Part shown: piece by piece, positions 1 to 12,479 of the stretch
How positions within the stretch are numbered: position 1 is the first letter of the stretch
How the letters are laid out: the number at the start of each line of letters is the position of its first letter
Assembly: GCA_951406725.2 (NCBI GenBank)
Contig: OX597822.1
Location: 26,412,001 to 26,476,000, forward strand
Origin: Octopus vulgaris
Lineage: Eukaryota
Direction of reading: 5' to 3'
Length of the DNA: 64,000 nucleotides
The notes under the pieces: generated by a model
What the model was told of the DNA's origin: nothing
What the model saw: the letters and a program-made list of their open reading frames with translations, nothing else
Databases searched by the model: none
Translations under genes and position numbers: made by a program

Positions 1-474
1 TCATGGTCAAACATTGTCTTAACACATGCCACACAATTGTGTGAAGTAATGCATGTTCTCTGCTAGCGCTGTGAGTAGACTTATGCAGGTTTTGCTCAAA
101 TGCCTGTTGAATTCTTAGCACATTTTCCTTAGAAGTGCGTGATTGACCTGGACTTTTTCCCTAGCACAAACACCCAGTTTCTTCAAACTGCCTATACCAA
201 AGACAGATGTTCGTTGACAGTGGTGGATTAACACCAAAACAGTTATGAAATGCACACTGAACTGAAATCACTGATTCACTCTTACTAAACTGTAGAATGC
301 AAAATGTCTTCTGTTGAGTGAACCAATTCTTGCCAGTTACTCGGGTTTACATTGACGATTACCTAAAACAGTAGACGATGCCAATTTCAGCCACACATCT
401 TTCAATCACTTGATGCTCGCAATTTCAAAAGGATTATGTTTAAATTCACTCATCCTTTTTGAAACACCCTGTAT
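1..474 (-). mobile_element. Decayed Tc1/mariner-superfamily DNA transposon, 5' end (DUF4817-type HTH N-terminus), runs off the window
   Basis: Minus-strand translation QQKTFCILQFSKSESVISVQCAFHNCFGVNPP...WYRQFEETGCLC*GKSPGQSRTSKENVLRIQQAF...STHSASRE...IVWHVLRQ has an internal stop. The terminus reads TA-CAGGGTGTTTCAAAAA, a TIR-like end. Confidence 0.75.
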
Positions 475-547
475 ATTTCATATTTGATTTTCAACTTACT
501 TTCCCGTCCTACTCATCAATGAAGTTAGTTACGTACCATTATATATT

Positions 548-745
548 AACTTCAAATTTTGGCACAAGGCCAGTAATTTCAGGGAAGGGTTAAGTTGATT
601 ACATCAACCCGGTACTCAACTGGTATTAATTTATTGACCACGAAAGGATGAAAGGAAAAGCCAACCTTGGTGGAATTTGAACTCAAAATGTGAAAATGGA
701 CAAAATGCTGCTAAGCATTTTGCTTGGCATACATAATAACTTGCT
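548..745 (-). mobile_element. tRNA-derived SINE family A, degenerate
   Basis: Reverse complement of the family core (GAGTTCAAATTCC...CCTTTCATCCTTTCG...ATAAATTAA-TACCAGT) seen intact at 38833 and 39428. Confidence 0.7.
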
Positions 746-2394
746 ACCTTGACTTACCATTATATATTATTGATAAAACAATGGAGCCTTTACATGACTA
801 CACAACCTGCTAAAAATAATAGCCAATTTTCTCTATAATCACACCCTAGTCCTAGATAAGGAATGTCTATAGAAAAGGACTCGGCCATAAGAATAGCTTA
901 ATTTACGTTTTAGCAATCAGTATGAGCTACCTTTCAATTAACAAGCAACAAACAGTTTTAACAGATTGCTATGAGATTGTAAAATGGAAATATGAATCAT
1001 CAACATCCGGTGGTCATTTACAAGCTGACTGACTATCCATGTTTTAACTCAGAGCAAGAAGCAAACAAAACAACGTGACAGCTACAACACTGGAATGATA
1101 TGTTTAGGAAATAGTTTTCACCACTAGCTTCTGCAAATAGGATCATGTTCAATAGAAGTGCATCATTTACAGGTTTCACTAAGAATGTCAAATACAAAAA
1201 ATAAAATAAAATGAAATGAAAGGAAATAAAAAATAACACAAAAGTTATACTCAGAAAATTGAAAGCAAAAGAATTATTACTGAGAATTTATATCAAGAAA
1301 AATAAAGCAAAACACAAATTTACAGCAGGGAGTCTTTACATAACCTCTAAGAGTAAAAACATTTATACAAAATGCTGTCAGGTAGAAAAGTTAATTTGTT
1401 TGAGCGAGGAAGAAAATGTGTAAATGTGGTTTAAAAGTTCAACATAATTATAAAGTTAAGTTTATACTAGATACATATCATTAACATAAACTGTAAAGTT
1501 AGGTTCACAGTGAATATATTACTATGTAAATAGAAGATAATTAGTGTCTGGTTATCCAGCCTGAATACAAAGTGTAGAAAAGAATTGATAAATCAGACAG
1601 ACAATAAAAATGATAGGATAGCCTAAATTCACAAAAATTGTCCTCTAAGTAACAGGTAATATAACCAGAGAAATTGAAATTGTCACTGTTATAGAAATGA
1701 ACAGAACTAACAGAACTTAGAAAAGAAAAGATCAAAAACAAAAAGCAGAAACACATTTCCTGACTGATTTTAGCTCTACATTCCATACATCTGCAGATTG
1801 GAGGGTATAGTATGATGTCAAACCAAAGTAGAGTATAGCATATCTAGGCTGATTGACCCATGGGTTGCGATAAGAGTTATTTTTAATATTTTTATATACA
1901 ACATGTGGTAAACTTTAATGTTGTTGATACAGGGTGCCTGTGAATGAGCTTATATCTCATGCTCTGCATTTCTGAGAGACAGAAATGTCTAACCCAGAAC
2001 AAAATACCATATGGTGTTATTTTTCTTTGAAAGCCAGATTTTTTCTTTCTGATTTTCATAGATATTCACATCATTTAACATCCATGTCCCATGCTAGCAT
2101 GTGAGGACAGTTTGATAAGGTCTTACACTTCCAAGTGCATCATGTTTTGTTTGCTTTGGTATGGATTCTATGGTTGGATGCCCTTCCTAATGCCAACCAC
2201 TTAACAACATGTACTGGATGCTTATCTTTGCTGATATATATATATATATATATATATATAAATGAAAGAATGGAGTCGAACGACGATTTAACAAAATTCC
2301 TTTATTCTCGACATATGTTTTGAAGACTGCATATTCTTAATTCCGAAGGATATAATTCATTCAACTACTTAAACATATATATATATATATATAT

Positions 2395-3080
2395 ATCTTT
2401 TATCTTTTACTAGTCTCAGTTATTAGACTACAGCCATGCTGGGGTACTGCCTTGAAGAACTTAAAGAAGTCAAATGAATCAACCCCAGGACTTATTTTGT
2501 TTAAAGACTGGTACTTATTCTATCAGTCCCTTTTGCTAAACAACAAAGTGACAGGGATAAAAACACTGACATAGTTTCCAGCTACAAAATCCAATCACAA
2601 GGCTTTAGTTGACCTGAGGCTATAGTAGAAGACACTTGCCCAAGGTGCCACGCAGTGGAACTGAATCCAGAACCATGTGGTTGGGAAGCAAGCTTCTCAC
2701 CACACAGACACACACGCATGTGCAGGCATAGATGTGTGGTTAAGAAGTTTACTTCCCAACTAAGTGGTTTTGGATTCAGTCTCAATGTGTGGCACCTTGG
2801 GCAAGGTGCTTCTCTGGGTTGTCTAAAGCCTCATGAGAGGATTTGAGAGACAGAAAGTTAAAGAAACCCATTGTATGTGTGTGCATGTGTTTGTGTCGGT
2901 TTGTCTTGACATCAAGTGATAGTTGTAAATAAGTGCCACTGTCGTATAAGCAGTGTCATTCGTCGCCAATCTTCTATGGAAACATGTCCAATCACAGGGA
3001 AACATTATCTTGCTTCGAAACAACAAATTCAGTCTAAGCCTTGCAAGCATAGAAGAGTGGTTGTTAAAATAACAATAATG
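2395..3080. mobile_element. Two head-to-head copies of tRNA/CORE-like SINE family C
   Basis: Both match the GGCACCTTGGGCAAGTGTCTTCTACTATAGCC...AAGCCTTGTGAGTGGATTTGGTAG core of the 29278 copy; minus copy ~2395-2710, plus copy ~2722-3080. Confidence 0.7.
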
Positions 3081-3448
3081 ATGACCTCTTTCTCTCTATC
3101 ACACAGACATGATCAACTGCTGCAGTCTCTGTCTACTTAATTTCACATGCAAGGCTTTGGTCAGCTCAATACTCTGAAAGTGGACACTTGACATACTTGT
3201 CATACAGTGAAACCAAACCTGGAGCCACATAGTTGTGAAGTTAACTTCTGAGCCCTGTGACCAAGCTATTATCTAAAGGTCTGTCCAATGCCATTAAGCA
3301 ACAGAGCAATCCCCAACTAATTGAGAATATGTTAATAAGAGGCAGAACAAAACAATGTTATTTTAACAAATTCTTCATTGAACCTAGCAAGCGGCCCTTA
3401 ATTGTAAAAGGATCAGAATACTAGTTGAAACTATGGCGGTACACTATG

Positions 3449-3488
3449 GCAAGGATGACACGCAAATTCGTGAAGCATTCCATTTTTT
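3449..3488 (+). pseudogene. U6: U6 snRNA 3'-terminal fragment (retroposed)
   Basis: GCAAGGATGACACGCAAATTCGTGAAGCATTCCATTTTTT matches the conserved U6 3' end (GCAAGGATGACACGCAAATTCGTGAAGCGTTCCA...T-run) with one CpG-type change. The 5' part of U6 is absent. Confidence 0.9.
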
Positions 3489-3824
3489 CCCCCCCGTCCA
3501 ACCCATGCTAGCATGGAAAATGGACGTTAAACAATGATGATGATAAATACTCCATGGTTCAGAATTAATGAAGATTTAATGCTGGAAATGATTTTAGTTT
3601 TAATAATCTTGCATAAACAATAAGAAAAAGACAAAATTGTACAAGTTTATCTATCTTTCTAGTAACATCACTGGTAGAATTTGATTAAGAAAAATTACAT
3701 TTAACAACAAGAACAATAAAATGATTTGGCTGTATCAGAAATGTAATTACAAGACATTGAAATGAATTCGTTATAATGAATGCATTGTATAATTGCAGAC
3801 ATTTACTATCACCTTTTGCACTAT

Positions 3825-4091
3825 ATCTAGAAAATTTGCTGTAAGAAATTCTGCTGTAGAAGAAAATTTGCCCAAAGACAAATTTGCCATATGGACAATT
3901 ATACCAGCAATTTTTTTAATTAAAAAAAAAAACAGAAAAAAAAAAAGATAAGATTTTATAAAATCATTATATAAGCAAACCTTTATTCAACGTCAAAACA
4001 TTGAAAAACACACAAGGTCAGTCAAAACGAAATTTCTTATAGCAAATTTTCCTATGGCAAAAATAATTATGGTAAAAAATTTCCTATAACC
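3825..4091. mobile_element. Putative non-autonomous DNA transposon with ~15-bp subterminal repeats
   Basis: AAATTTGCYRTAG-like units repeat at the left end, and inverted CTATRGCAAA-type units repeat at the right end. Confidence 0.35.
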
Positions 4092-4189
4092 ATTTTGAAC
4101 ATTGGTCATATCCGTTACAAACAAAATCTGCCAGACATGAATACTCTCCATAAGTAGAGATCATAACCATTTAAATCAGCCATACAGTC

Positions 4190-4455
4190 TAGGTTGTTGC
4201 CAATGCCGCTGGACTGGCTCCTGTGCAGTTGGCACATAAAAAGTACCATTTGAGCGTGGCCGTTGCCAGTACCACCTGACTGGCCCTCATGCTAGTGGCA
4301 TGTAAAAAAAGTAGTTGGCATTAGGAAGGGCATCCAGCTGTAGAAACTCTGCCAGATCAGATTGGAGTCTGGTGCAGCCATCTGGTTCGGTAGACCTCAG
4401 TCAAATATTCCAACCCATGCTAGTATGGAAAGCGGACGTTAAATGATGATGATGA
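4190..4455 (+). mobile_element. RTE-LINE 3' tail fragment nested in a TTAA-ended MITE
   Basis: GTTGGCATTAGGAAGGGCATCCAGCTGTAGAAAC...CCAACCCATGCTAG...GACGTTAAATGATGATGAT. The flanking sequence to ~4655 ends GAATGCTAAAAGGTTAA and matches the MITE at 42954. Confidence 0.75.
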
Positions 4456-5178
4456 TATCTGGCCCAAATATTCTACTTGTTTTATGTTAAAACTGGCCAG
4501 ATCCAGCCTCTCACACCTAATCTATAATGTCATTTTAAAAGTAAACAATCACGTCATCAAAATCCTAAAACTACAAGATAATGCATGATTAATTCAAAAC
4601 AATATGAATTAATCAGCATTACATTTGATAGAGTCATTTGAATGCTAAAAGGTTAAAATCATCCTGATATCAAGCCTACAAAGGAGCTTCTATGTAGCTA
4701 CACAACCTGTTCGAAATAGCTACTAAATCTCCTTCAAAATCCTTAATTGGCAGAGAACAAAATGTCTTGCAGTCTATAATTTACCTATCATCTTTCTATG
4801 TACAATAAAATACAGAACCAATCAAGTACTGGAGTTGATTTAATTTCCTACAATGTATCTGAGACACGAATGGAGTTAATTAAAAGACTATGACTACAAT
4901 GTGCTATACCCAACACTGGAAACTTAATCTATTCTCATCTAAGAAAACTGAAACACAAACCTCATCTCAAGAAGTCCAGAACTCTGTTGCTCACTACTAT
5001 TGAAGAACACACCGAGAGAACAGAAGTAAATAGACATGGCATAGAACATCATTTTATGTTTATTCTAGCTTGTAATGGTTTATATTTTTTATTAATTGAC
5101 ATTTTTATAACTCATGCGAACGCTGAAACCCAACAATATCCAATAATATTTCTTCATGGTAGCAGTACATAACCAAGA

Positions 5179-5403
5179 CCCCTTTCGTTACTGTATTTAT
5201 TTTGAGATGCTCTGTGTTTCTTTCAATTACTTTAAATAGAACAAAGAATTTAGTAAAATAACTTAGTTATCATTCAGCTAGTGTTAGGAACATAAATTGT
5301 GACTAAGGTTTGGTGGAAGATTTTAATTCAAAATGTATGAAAACAAGACATTTGTATTCAGAGCCAGAGCCGGTTTCAGCCGGGTTGGTATCAAAAGGAT
5401 TAA
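5179..5403. mobile_element. piggyBac-like MITE
   Basis: Termini CCCTTTCGTTAC...GTATCAAAAGGA-TTAA; related copy at 10813-11025. Confidence 0.55.
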
Positions 5404-6074
5404 CAAGGGTTTCTAACAGAAAATAAAACTTTTGCTTCATCATCAATGGTAGTTTCTCCAGTTTGCTACTTTAGATAAGAATGGTTTGTATTATGATGTA
5501 TTTTTCTAAATATATCCATTTATGAGACTCAATATTCTCAGATACCTTCACCATTTCTTCGGTCCTTTGCTTACCAAAATATGCTTGATGTTCAGTTTTA
5601 AATGAATAGTTTAATAGAAAAGTTTGGGGGATGATAGCTAGTTAGAATGAAGAGGTAGGAGGAGGTCACAAGCTGGTAGCATGTTGGTGAGTGACTGTTA
5701 GCTTATATTATAAAATGGCTTTTCTGAATGGTTTGTTTATGTAACAGCTGTGCCATTGCAGAACTATGGCTACCAAGGACCAGCAACTGTTCAAAATTAA
5801 AATGCTTAACTGTGAATAAAAGCTCAGCGATTAAACTGTGATAAGAACTGTGCTATATGTGTATGGCTCCTTTGCAAGGTCATTAGAGATTGAGAAACGT
5901 AGCACTAAAAGCAGGTATATGAGTTTAAGGTACATGTCATCCTTGAGTAGGGAGGATGCAGTACTGATATGTGCAGAGATTAGGCTGTAACATACCTATT
6001 ACAGAATGATAATGGGGTTTGTTCTCATAGAATCAATCAGTGTCAGGTAGGATGTACTTAAGTTGAGTATTAAT

Positions 6075-6660
6075 AATAATGATTTGGCATGGTTTCTATG
6101 GCTGGATGCCCTTCCTAATGTTAACCACTCCAAGAGTGTAGTAGATGCTTTTTATGTGCCACAACTATGATCTCACTTGGCTTGAGAGGTCTTCACAAGC
6201 ATGGTATATCGCTGAAGGTCTTGGTTACCTGTCACAGCCTCTGTGAGGCCCAACACTCGAACAGTGTTTTTACATTCCAGTCAGATGGCACTGACATCAG
6301 CCACATCGTTCAACGTCTGAAGGGTGCTTTTTATGTGCAAGTTATGTAGCACTGGCATTGGCCATGACTATGGTCTCATTTGGCTTGACGGGTTTTTTGA
6401 AGCATGGCATAATGTCAAAGGTCTTGGTCACTTGTGATTGCCTCTGTGAGGCCCAACATTCGAAGGTCATGATTCACCACCTCATCCCATGTCTTCCTGG
6501 ATCTACCTCCTCTGCAGGTTCCCTCCATCATTAGCATGGCACTTCTTTACACAGCTCTCCTTGCCCATATGCATCACATGGCCATACTAGTGCAGTCATC
6601 TCCCTTGCACACCACATCTCATGCCTCTTATGCCTAACTTTTCTCTCAGGACACTTATGT
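6075..6660 (-). mobile_element. 5'-truncated RTE LINE (end of RT plus 3' UTR), decayed
   Basis: Colinear with the 31949-33030 RTE copy (CACCACCTCATCCCATGTCTTCCTGG, GGCACTTCTTTACACAGCT). Confidence 0.75.
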
Positions 6661-7848
6661 ATTCACATCATTTTCAATTAATTGTGTATTATTTCATAGC
6701 TTTGAGATTTCAATGACGTGATTGCTTATTTTTAAAATGACACTGTGGAGTAGGAGTCAGCCTTGCCGGTCCCATGACATTCATCATGGATCTGTTTTTG
6801 AGAGTGTCTTACAGCCAGATAGTCTGATGATCTTCCTATTACCGACTCTTTTAGACATTGCTAACAAGAGGCTTGTGCCACCTTTTATGAGAAGTGAACT
6901 GCATGAGGTAAAGTTCATCATCAGACACTGGTGTGTCATTCTGGAAGTTCCATAGACCACAGTTTGCACATCATTGCCTTACAACAGGCAAGGACACAGC
7001 ATATCTATTCTAAAATGCACAGTATTGTATAGTTGAGAAAATACAATTGAAATGATTATTATAGATTCTCTAATGTTAAATTTTATATATATATGTGTGT
7101 GTGCATGCTATTTTGTTTTAAAAACATTTTTATGAAATAGCTTATCAACTGTAGAAAGGAGACTACAGCAGCGGTATTGGATATTCAGTACTGCTGCCGT
7201 AGACTCCTTTAGAAAAAATTAGAAATAATGATATTTCTATTTTTGAAAACCAGTGGATGTGTTCCACTGAACTTAGGTAAATAATCCTTCAAACAGTTGG
7301 TCAGCAGCGATACCTGCTGGGTTCGGCTACTCCACATTGATAAGCGGCAACTACCTTGAAACTAGTCTGTGGATGCCAGACCAGCAAGGGGAAGCTGCTG
7401 ACCTCCCCTGTCCGAAGGTTATAATGGACACAGGTTTGTGTGTCACATAGCTAGCTAGAGGCGATGGCCTCTTGGAGCTAATCAATTGCAGCATTTGTCC
7501 TATTTTTCTGGACTACCATGTTAGCTTGGCGATAACTATTAATAGCTTATCAATTATTTGGGTCTTAAGAAGAGATCCAATGGGAGATAATGTATCGATC
7601 ACTGCAGCTGTTACACTTTCTCTCACTCTCTCCCTTTTTCTACATTAATGCTTTTCAAATTGTGCAATATGGCACACCAGTACATCTAGGATTTAAAAAA
7701 AAATATATAATTTAAAGTTTTAGAAAATCCATAATATATAATAAAGGTGGTTTCTTTCTTCAAACTTTTCATAAGAAGTATGCCAATAATTTGGCTTTTT
7801 TACTTGATCAATAAAACCCAAATAAAATCATATAAAAACCATGTGAGC

Positions 7849-7903
<55 letters not shown>

Positions 7904-9171
7904 TTGTATGTGTGTATATGTGAATGATGTGATCGCAGAATAGTACAAGTCTACTGGGTTGGAAATGTCACAAGGCTTACATGCAACAGGTGGACTTGTG
8001 CAATTATCAAGTAGAATGCAAGAGACTGAAAAAGAAAAAAAAATTCGCAAAAAAAAAAGGTCACTCAGAAGACCTCTGAGGTGATTTGAAGATGACATAG
8101 TAAAAATATTTAGGACCAAATGGAAAAGAAGGTACAAAGAAGGGTAGAATGGAAGCACACTGAAACCTGCAATGTGAAAGAGCATCTGATGACATGATTG
8201 ATAGCGCCACATGAGTGTGTGTGTGCGTACAATCTGCTTTGAAGCTAACTTTTGCTGCTTGAAGAGTTGGGTCGAATTTTATGTTTGTGCAAGTATTCTT
8301 TCTCTATCACTTCCCATTCAACTATGAAGTAAAAGAGGAACATTTTTTTTATTTCTCACAAAGGCAATCACAAGTGACCAAGACCTTTGACATTATGTCA
8401 TGCTTCAAGAAACAGTTTTAAAAAATGGGAAAAACTGGTTTGGTATGAAAAATCATAACATTTTGGAAAGAATTCTTTATTGGGGAGATATTGAGAAAGT
8501 TAATCTGTTCATTTGGTGCCATCAGAAACATTTGATACTAACAAACAATTCTGCTGCTTGAAATGTTATTCTGCCTGATAATAAAAAGGTGCCTTGCTCA
8601 TAGGCAACACAATACAATGACTAATAAATGTTGGCCTCATAACCATGTAATCAGTAGTATACAAAGTAAAGCCCACAGTCACTGTATCCAAATTATCTAT
8701 ATCAGATATAAAGCGCTAAACAAAGACCCTCAACAGGCTAGAAGCAGCAGCCAACACTCAAAATCAAAAACTGTCAACGTAAAAACATAGATAGCTGGTC
8801 TTGTCCAATCAGAGACGAATTAAGGCCAAACAGCAATTATGGACTAAGATTAAAATTTATCCTCTTTGATTCACCAACATACACAAACTATTAAAATCTG
8901 TTCTACAATGAAGCTTTGTTCTGTGAATACATTACACGGACCATTGGGCTGATGGACAAATTAACTTAAAAAACCTGAGTAAGAATACAAAATTCATTCA
9001 AGTAATATTATGAAGCAAAAACTAAGATGAAAACAGTAAGTTCATTGGTTGAAATTTGAGATCTCCCTGTTATGTCAGAATGGGACAATTTTTTCTTTTC
9101 TTGTAAGAAGTAGAGAAATATCTATAGCAGAACTCAAAGTAGATAAAGTTATAAACAATATATGTAGACTA

Positions 9172-9381
9172 AGGTGGCAAGCTGGCAGAATCGTTAGCAT
9201 GCTGGGCAAAATGCTTAGCGGCATTTCTTCCGGCATTACATGCTGAGTTCAAATTCTGCCGAGGTCGACTTTACCTTTCATCCTTTCAGGGTCAATAAAT
9301 TAAGCACCAGTTGCATACTAAGGTTGATCTAATCGACTGGTCCCCTCCCCCAAAATTTTGAGCCTTGTATCCAGAGTAGAA
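9172..9381 (+). mobile_element. tRNA-derived SINE family A
   Basis: AGCTGGCAGAATCGTTAGC (A-box-like), GAGTTCAAATTC (B-box), GAGGTCGACTTTACCTTTCATCCTTTC core; ends in (TA)n. Confidence 0.8.
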
Positions 9382-9420
<39 letters not shown>

Positions 9421-9876
9421 TACAATATGTAGACTGTTGGATTAAAAAGACCTTTGAATGGCAAAAAGTTGAAGGCTGCATATGGACAAATAAAACAAAA
9501 ACTCCATATGTTTCAAAATTTCAAAATTCTTAACAAAATTATTTATGATAAGTAGGATCCTAAAGTTATCTTGTCAGAATATATTTTTACAAACACCTGT
9601 GACTTAGCAGCATTAAAACCAGATATCAAACTCTGAAATTAGATCAACAATCCAAAATATAATTAAAAAAAAATTTTTTTTTTATAGTCTACATATTCAT
9701 TTATTAATTTTTTTCTCCTTCCCACACTCTTCTTCCCTACCTTTTTACTTTTACTTGTCTGTGGCCATGCTAGGGCACTGCCAGATAATTTTATTGAAAT
9801 TGTTGGTTCCTAATTGAATTCCTCAACAATAAACACTAATTTATCATATGCATATATACATCATATATAAGTATTA

Positions 9877-10070
9877 GGCTGGCAGAAATGTTAGCACTGC
9901 TGGGCAAAATGCGTAGCCGTATTTCGTCTGTCGTTATGTTCTGAGTTCAACTTTGCCTTTCATCCTTTCGGGGTCGATAAATTAAGTACCAGTTACACAC
10001 TGGGGTCGATGTAATCGACTTAATCCGTTTGTCTCCTCTGTGTTTAGCCCCTTGTGGGTAGTAAAGAGGT
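9877..10070 (+). mobile_element. tRNA-derived SINE family A
   Basis: Same core, with the TTTAGCCCCTTGTGGGTAGTAAAGA tail seen at 38833. Confidence 0.8.
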
Positions 10071-10220
10071 ATATATACATTATGTATAAGTACATAAGCA
10101 CTGTTTCAGGTATTCCAGTTATGACCAACCGTTCTTTGATGGACATGTTACACAATTGTTCACAAGCTGAATTCAACCATGATGTAGTTATGTCACAGCT
10201 CTTACTGGGATGGTGCTAAC

Positions 10221-10457
10221 CAGTGGCTCTCAACTAGGGTCCACATAAGATTTTAGTTAAAGTTTATGTGCAATAAATTGGTTATATTTCCACAATACAC
10301 AAAATATTTTAACAATTTTTTAAATACAATTCCTTATTAGTATTTAATTATAAAAATATAACAGGACATTTTAAAAACACTGAATGAGTATGAGGGTCCA
10401 GTTGAGTAAAATAGGAAACAAAGTGGTCCAGTGGTGTAAAATGGTTGAGAAAATCTG
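10221..10457. mobile_element. hAT (Charlie-like) MITE
   Basis: TIRs CAGTGGCTCTCAAC / GTTGAGAAAATCTG; 8-bp TSD GTGCTAAC / GTGCAAAC; same family as 27352. Confidence 0.75.
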
Positions 10458-10812
10458 GTGCAAACAGCAAGACAGTTGCACACCTGCATTACTGCAATCA
10501 AGGCAGACCTTGAATCAATATTTGGCTCTCACACTATTGAGCTTGTGACTAGTTGATATTCTTTACATCAAACATCTGTGATAGCTATACATAACCACTT
10601 TTGTTTTGCAACTGCTAACATTCACTTAAGCTGGTTCGATCCATCTCAAGTGAAGATTAACATAGGGACATAAGTGTATTTTAATGTTGCTCTAGAATAA
10701 ACTTAAGATTGGGTGGAGTATGAGGAAAAATTTAGCTTCCAAATCTAAGTCCAAGAAATCATCATTTGATTTACCTGAAGTCTTTTTCCTTTTTTGAAAA
10801 ATATGGAGAACT

Positions 10813-11025
10813 TTAACCCTTTTGTTACCATATTTTTGTTGAGATATACTGCTTTTGTTTTAGTTAATTTTGAAAATAATGAAGAATTTATTGAAATAAA
10901 GATGGAATTTGGAACAAATGTACAAGGAATTTTGATGGAAGATTTTAACTTAGGCCACTTTAAAAGAGGAAATTGATATCATAAAACCCAAGAGCAGTCT
11001 TGGGTGGCTTGGTAACAAAAGGTAA
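10813..11025. mobile_element. piggyBac-like MITE
   Basis: TTAA-CCCTTTTGTTACC...GGTAACAAAAGG termini. Confidence 0.55.
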
Positions 11026-11109
11026 TTTTTGTTTTGGAAGAACTAAATACTATTGATAAGCTTGTATCATAATGGCGCATTAACAAGGTGATGTTTCATC
11101 CATTCTGCG

Positions 11110-11430
11110 AAGACACATGGCTCAGTGGTTAGAGTATTGAGCTTACAATCATAAGGTCATAAGTTCAATTACTGGCAGTACCTTGTGTCCTTGAGTAAGA
11201 CATTTTATTTCACATTGGTCCAGTCCACTCAGCTGGCAAAAATGAGTAGCATTCAATGGGCCAGCATTGTCACATCTTGTGTCATGCTGAATCTACCTGA
11301 GAACTCTGTTGAGCATATGCATGTCTGACAAGCAGTCAGCTATTTGCATATTAATTTCACAAACAGGCTGTTCCATTGATCAGATCAACTGGAACCCTCA
11401 TCATTGTAACTGGGGTATGAGTGCTAGTTC
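11110..11430 (+). mobile_element. tRNA-derived SINE family B
   Basis: TGGCTCAGTGGTTAGAG tRNA-like head and a TTGTGTCCTTGAGTAAGAC...CCAGTCCACTCAGCTG central domain. Confidence 0.7.
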
Positions 11431-12479
11431 AATAATGAAATGGGAAGAAAAAAATACAATCAGTTATGAGAGTTGATCTCACAATTACCCATAAAGGTAT
11501 GGTGGAGTAGGGGAGTTTAAGGGCACAATGATTACTTACTATACAGTAGAACTCTTCATTTTCTTATTGGTTTTGAAACTGGTAATTTCTAATTGTAAGA
11601 TGTGGTGCATATATATATCAAGGCAAAGGGGGACTCTTTAGTTCTAGCAGACAACCTCTTTGGAGCATCCAGTTTATGTTGTAGTCAGTGATAGGAATGG
11701 TAACCAACAATACAACAACACACCCAAAAAGGAGGAATGAAATGAGAAGATATGAAATCAGTAAGTTACAGTAAAGGTGACCCCATTTAAGTGTAACCAC
11801 AATTAGAAACTGACAGAATTTAAAAGGACTTCTTTAGACCAGCTGTTGACAACATCACTGGTGCTGGTGGCACAATAAAATGTACCCAGTCCATGTTATG
11901 AGATAATCAATGCCAGGAGCCAAGACAAAAGAATATCACATGCAAAAAACTAATACATGTTGTGGTTTTTCTCTGGCTATGCTTGCCAGACGACGAAGGA
12001 CAGTTATAAGAAGTGAGACTCCAGAAGAGGAAATACATGTTAAATGATGTATAAAAGAAAGAAAAAAAAAACTAATAAAGTAGCTCTCTGACACTGTGTT
12101 TAACTGTAAATCAATCAAAGTATGCTGTCAGTTTTTTTTTATTTACAGTATTACATCCTTGCACCTGCATACACTCGTAACAGCAAGGATAGGATTATTT
12201 TTATAAATCTGGATATTTGTTTGTTGTTGGAACAAATTGTTTTTGCCATGTAGCCCCTCAGGTCAGACCAGTGGCCATGTCAATAGCTGGATCTGTGCAA
12301 GGCAGATTCCACTTTCTAGATATCCACGTTTCCAACCATTCCACCTTCTTGAAAGCAACATACCGAAGGCCACCCCTATTTCTATGATACAAACTCCCTG
12401 TTTTAAAATTATTAAAAATTAAAATCTACTATCAAAATTTCACATTAATTATATTCCAAACACCTGCTTAATGATATAT

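Noticed and set aside
1033-1239. Minus-strand ORF with an acceptor-like pyrimidine tract near 1180
   Set aside because: No recognisable protein motif and no clear donor; it could be a UTR exon, but I cannot support that.
7138-7147. TAGCTTATCA, identical to the miR-21 5' end
   Set aside because: Only 10 nt match, and miR-21 is vertebrate-restricted; it is part of the direct repeat.
11950-12040. Minus-strand hairpin TCTGGC / GCCAGA followed by ACA (H/ACA snoRNA-like)
   Set aside because: No H box (ANANNA) or convincing first hairpin.
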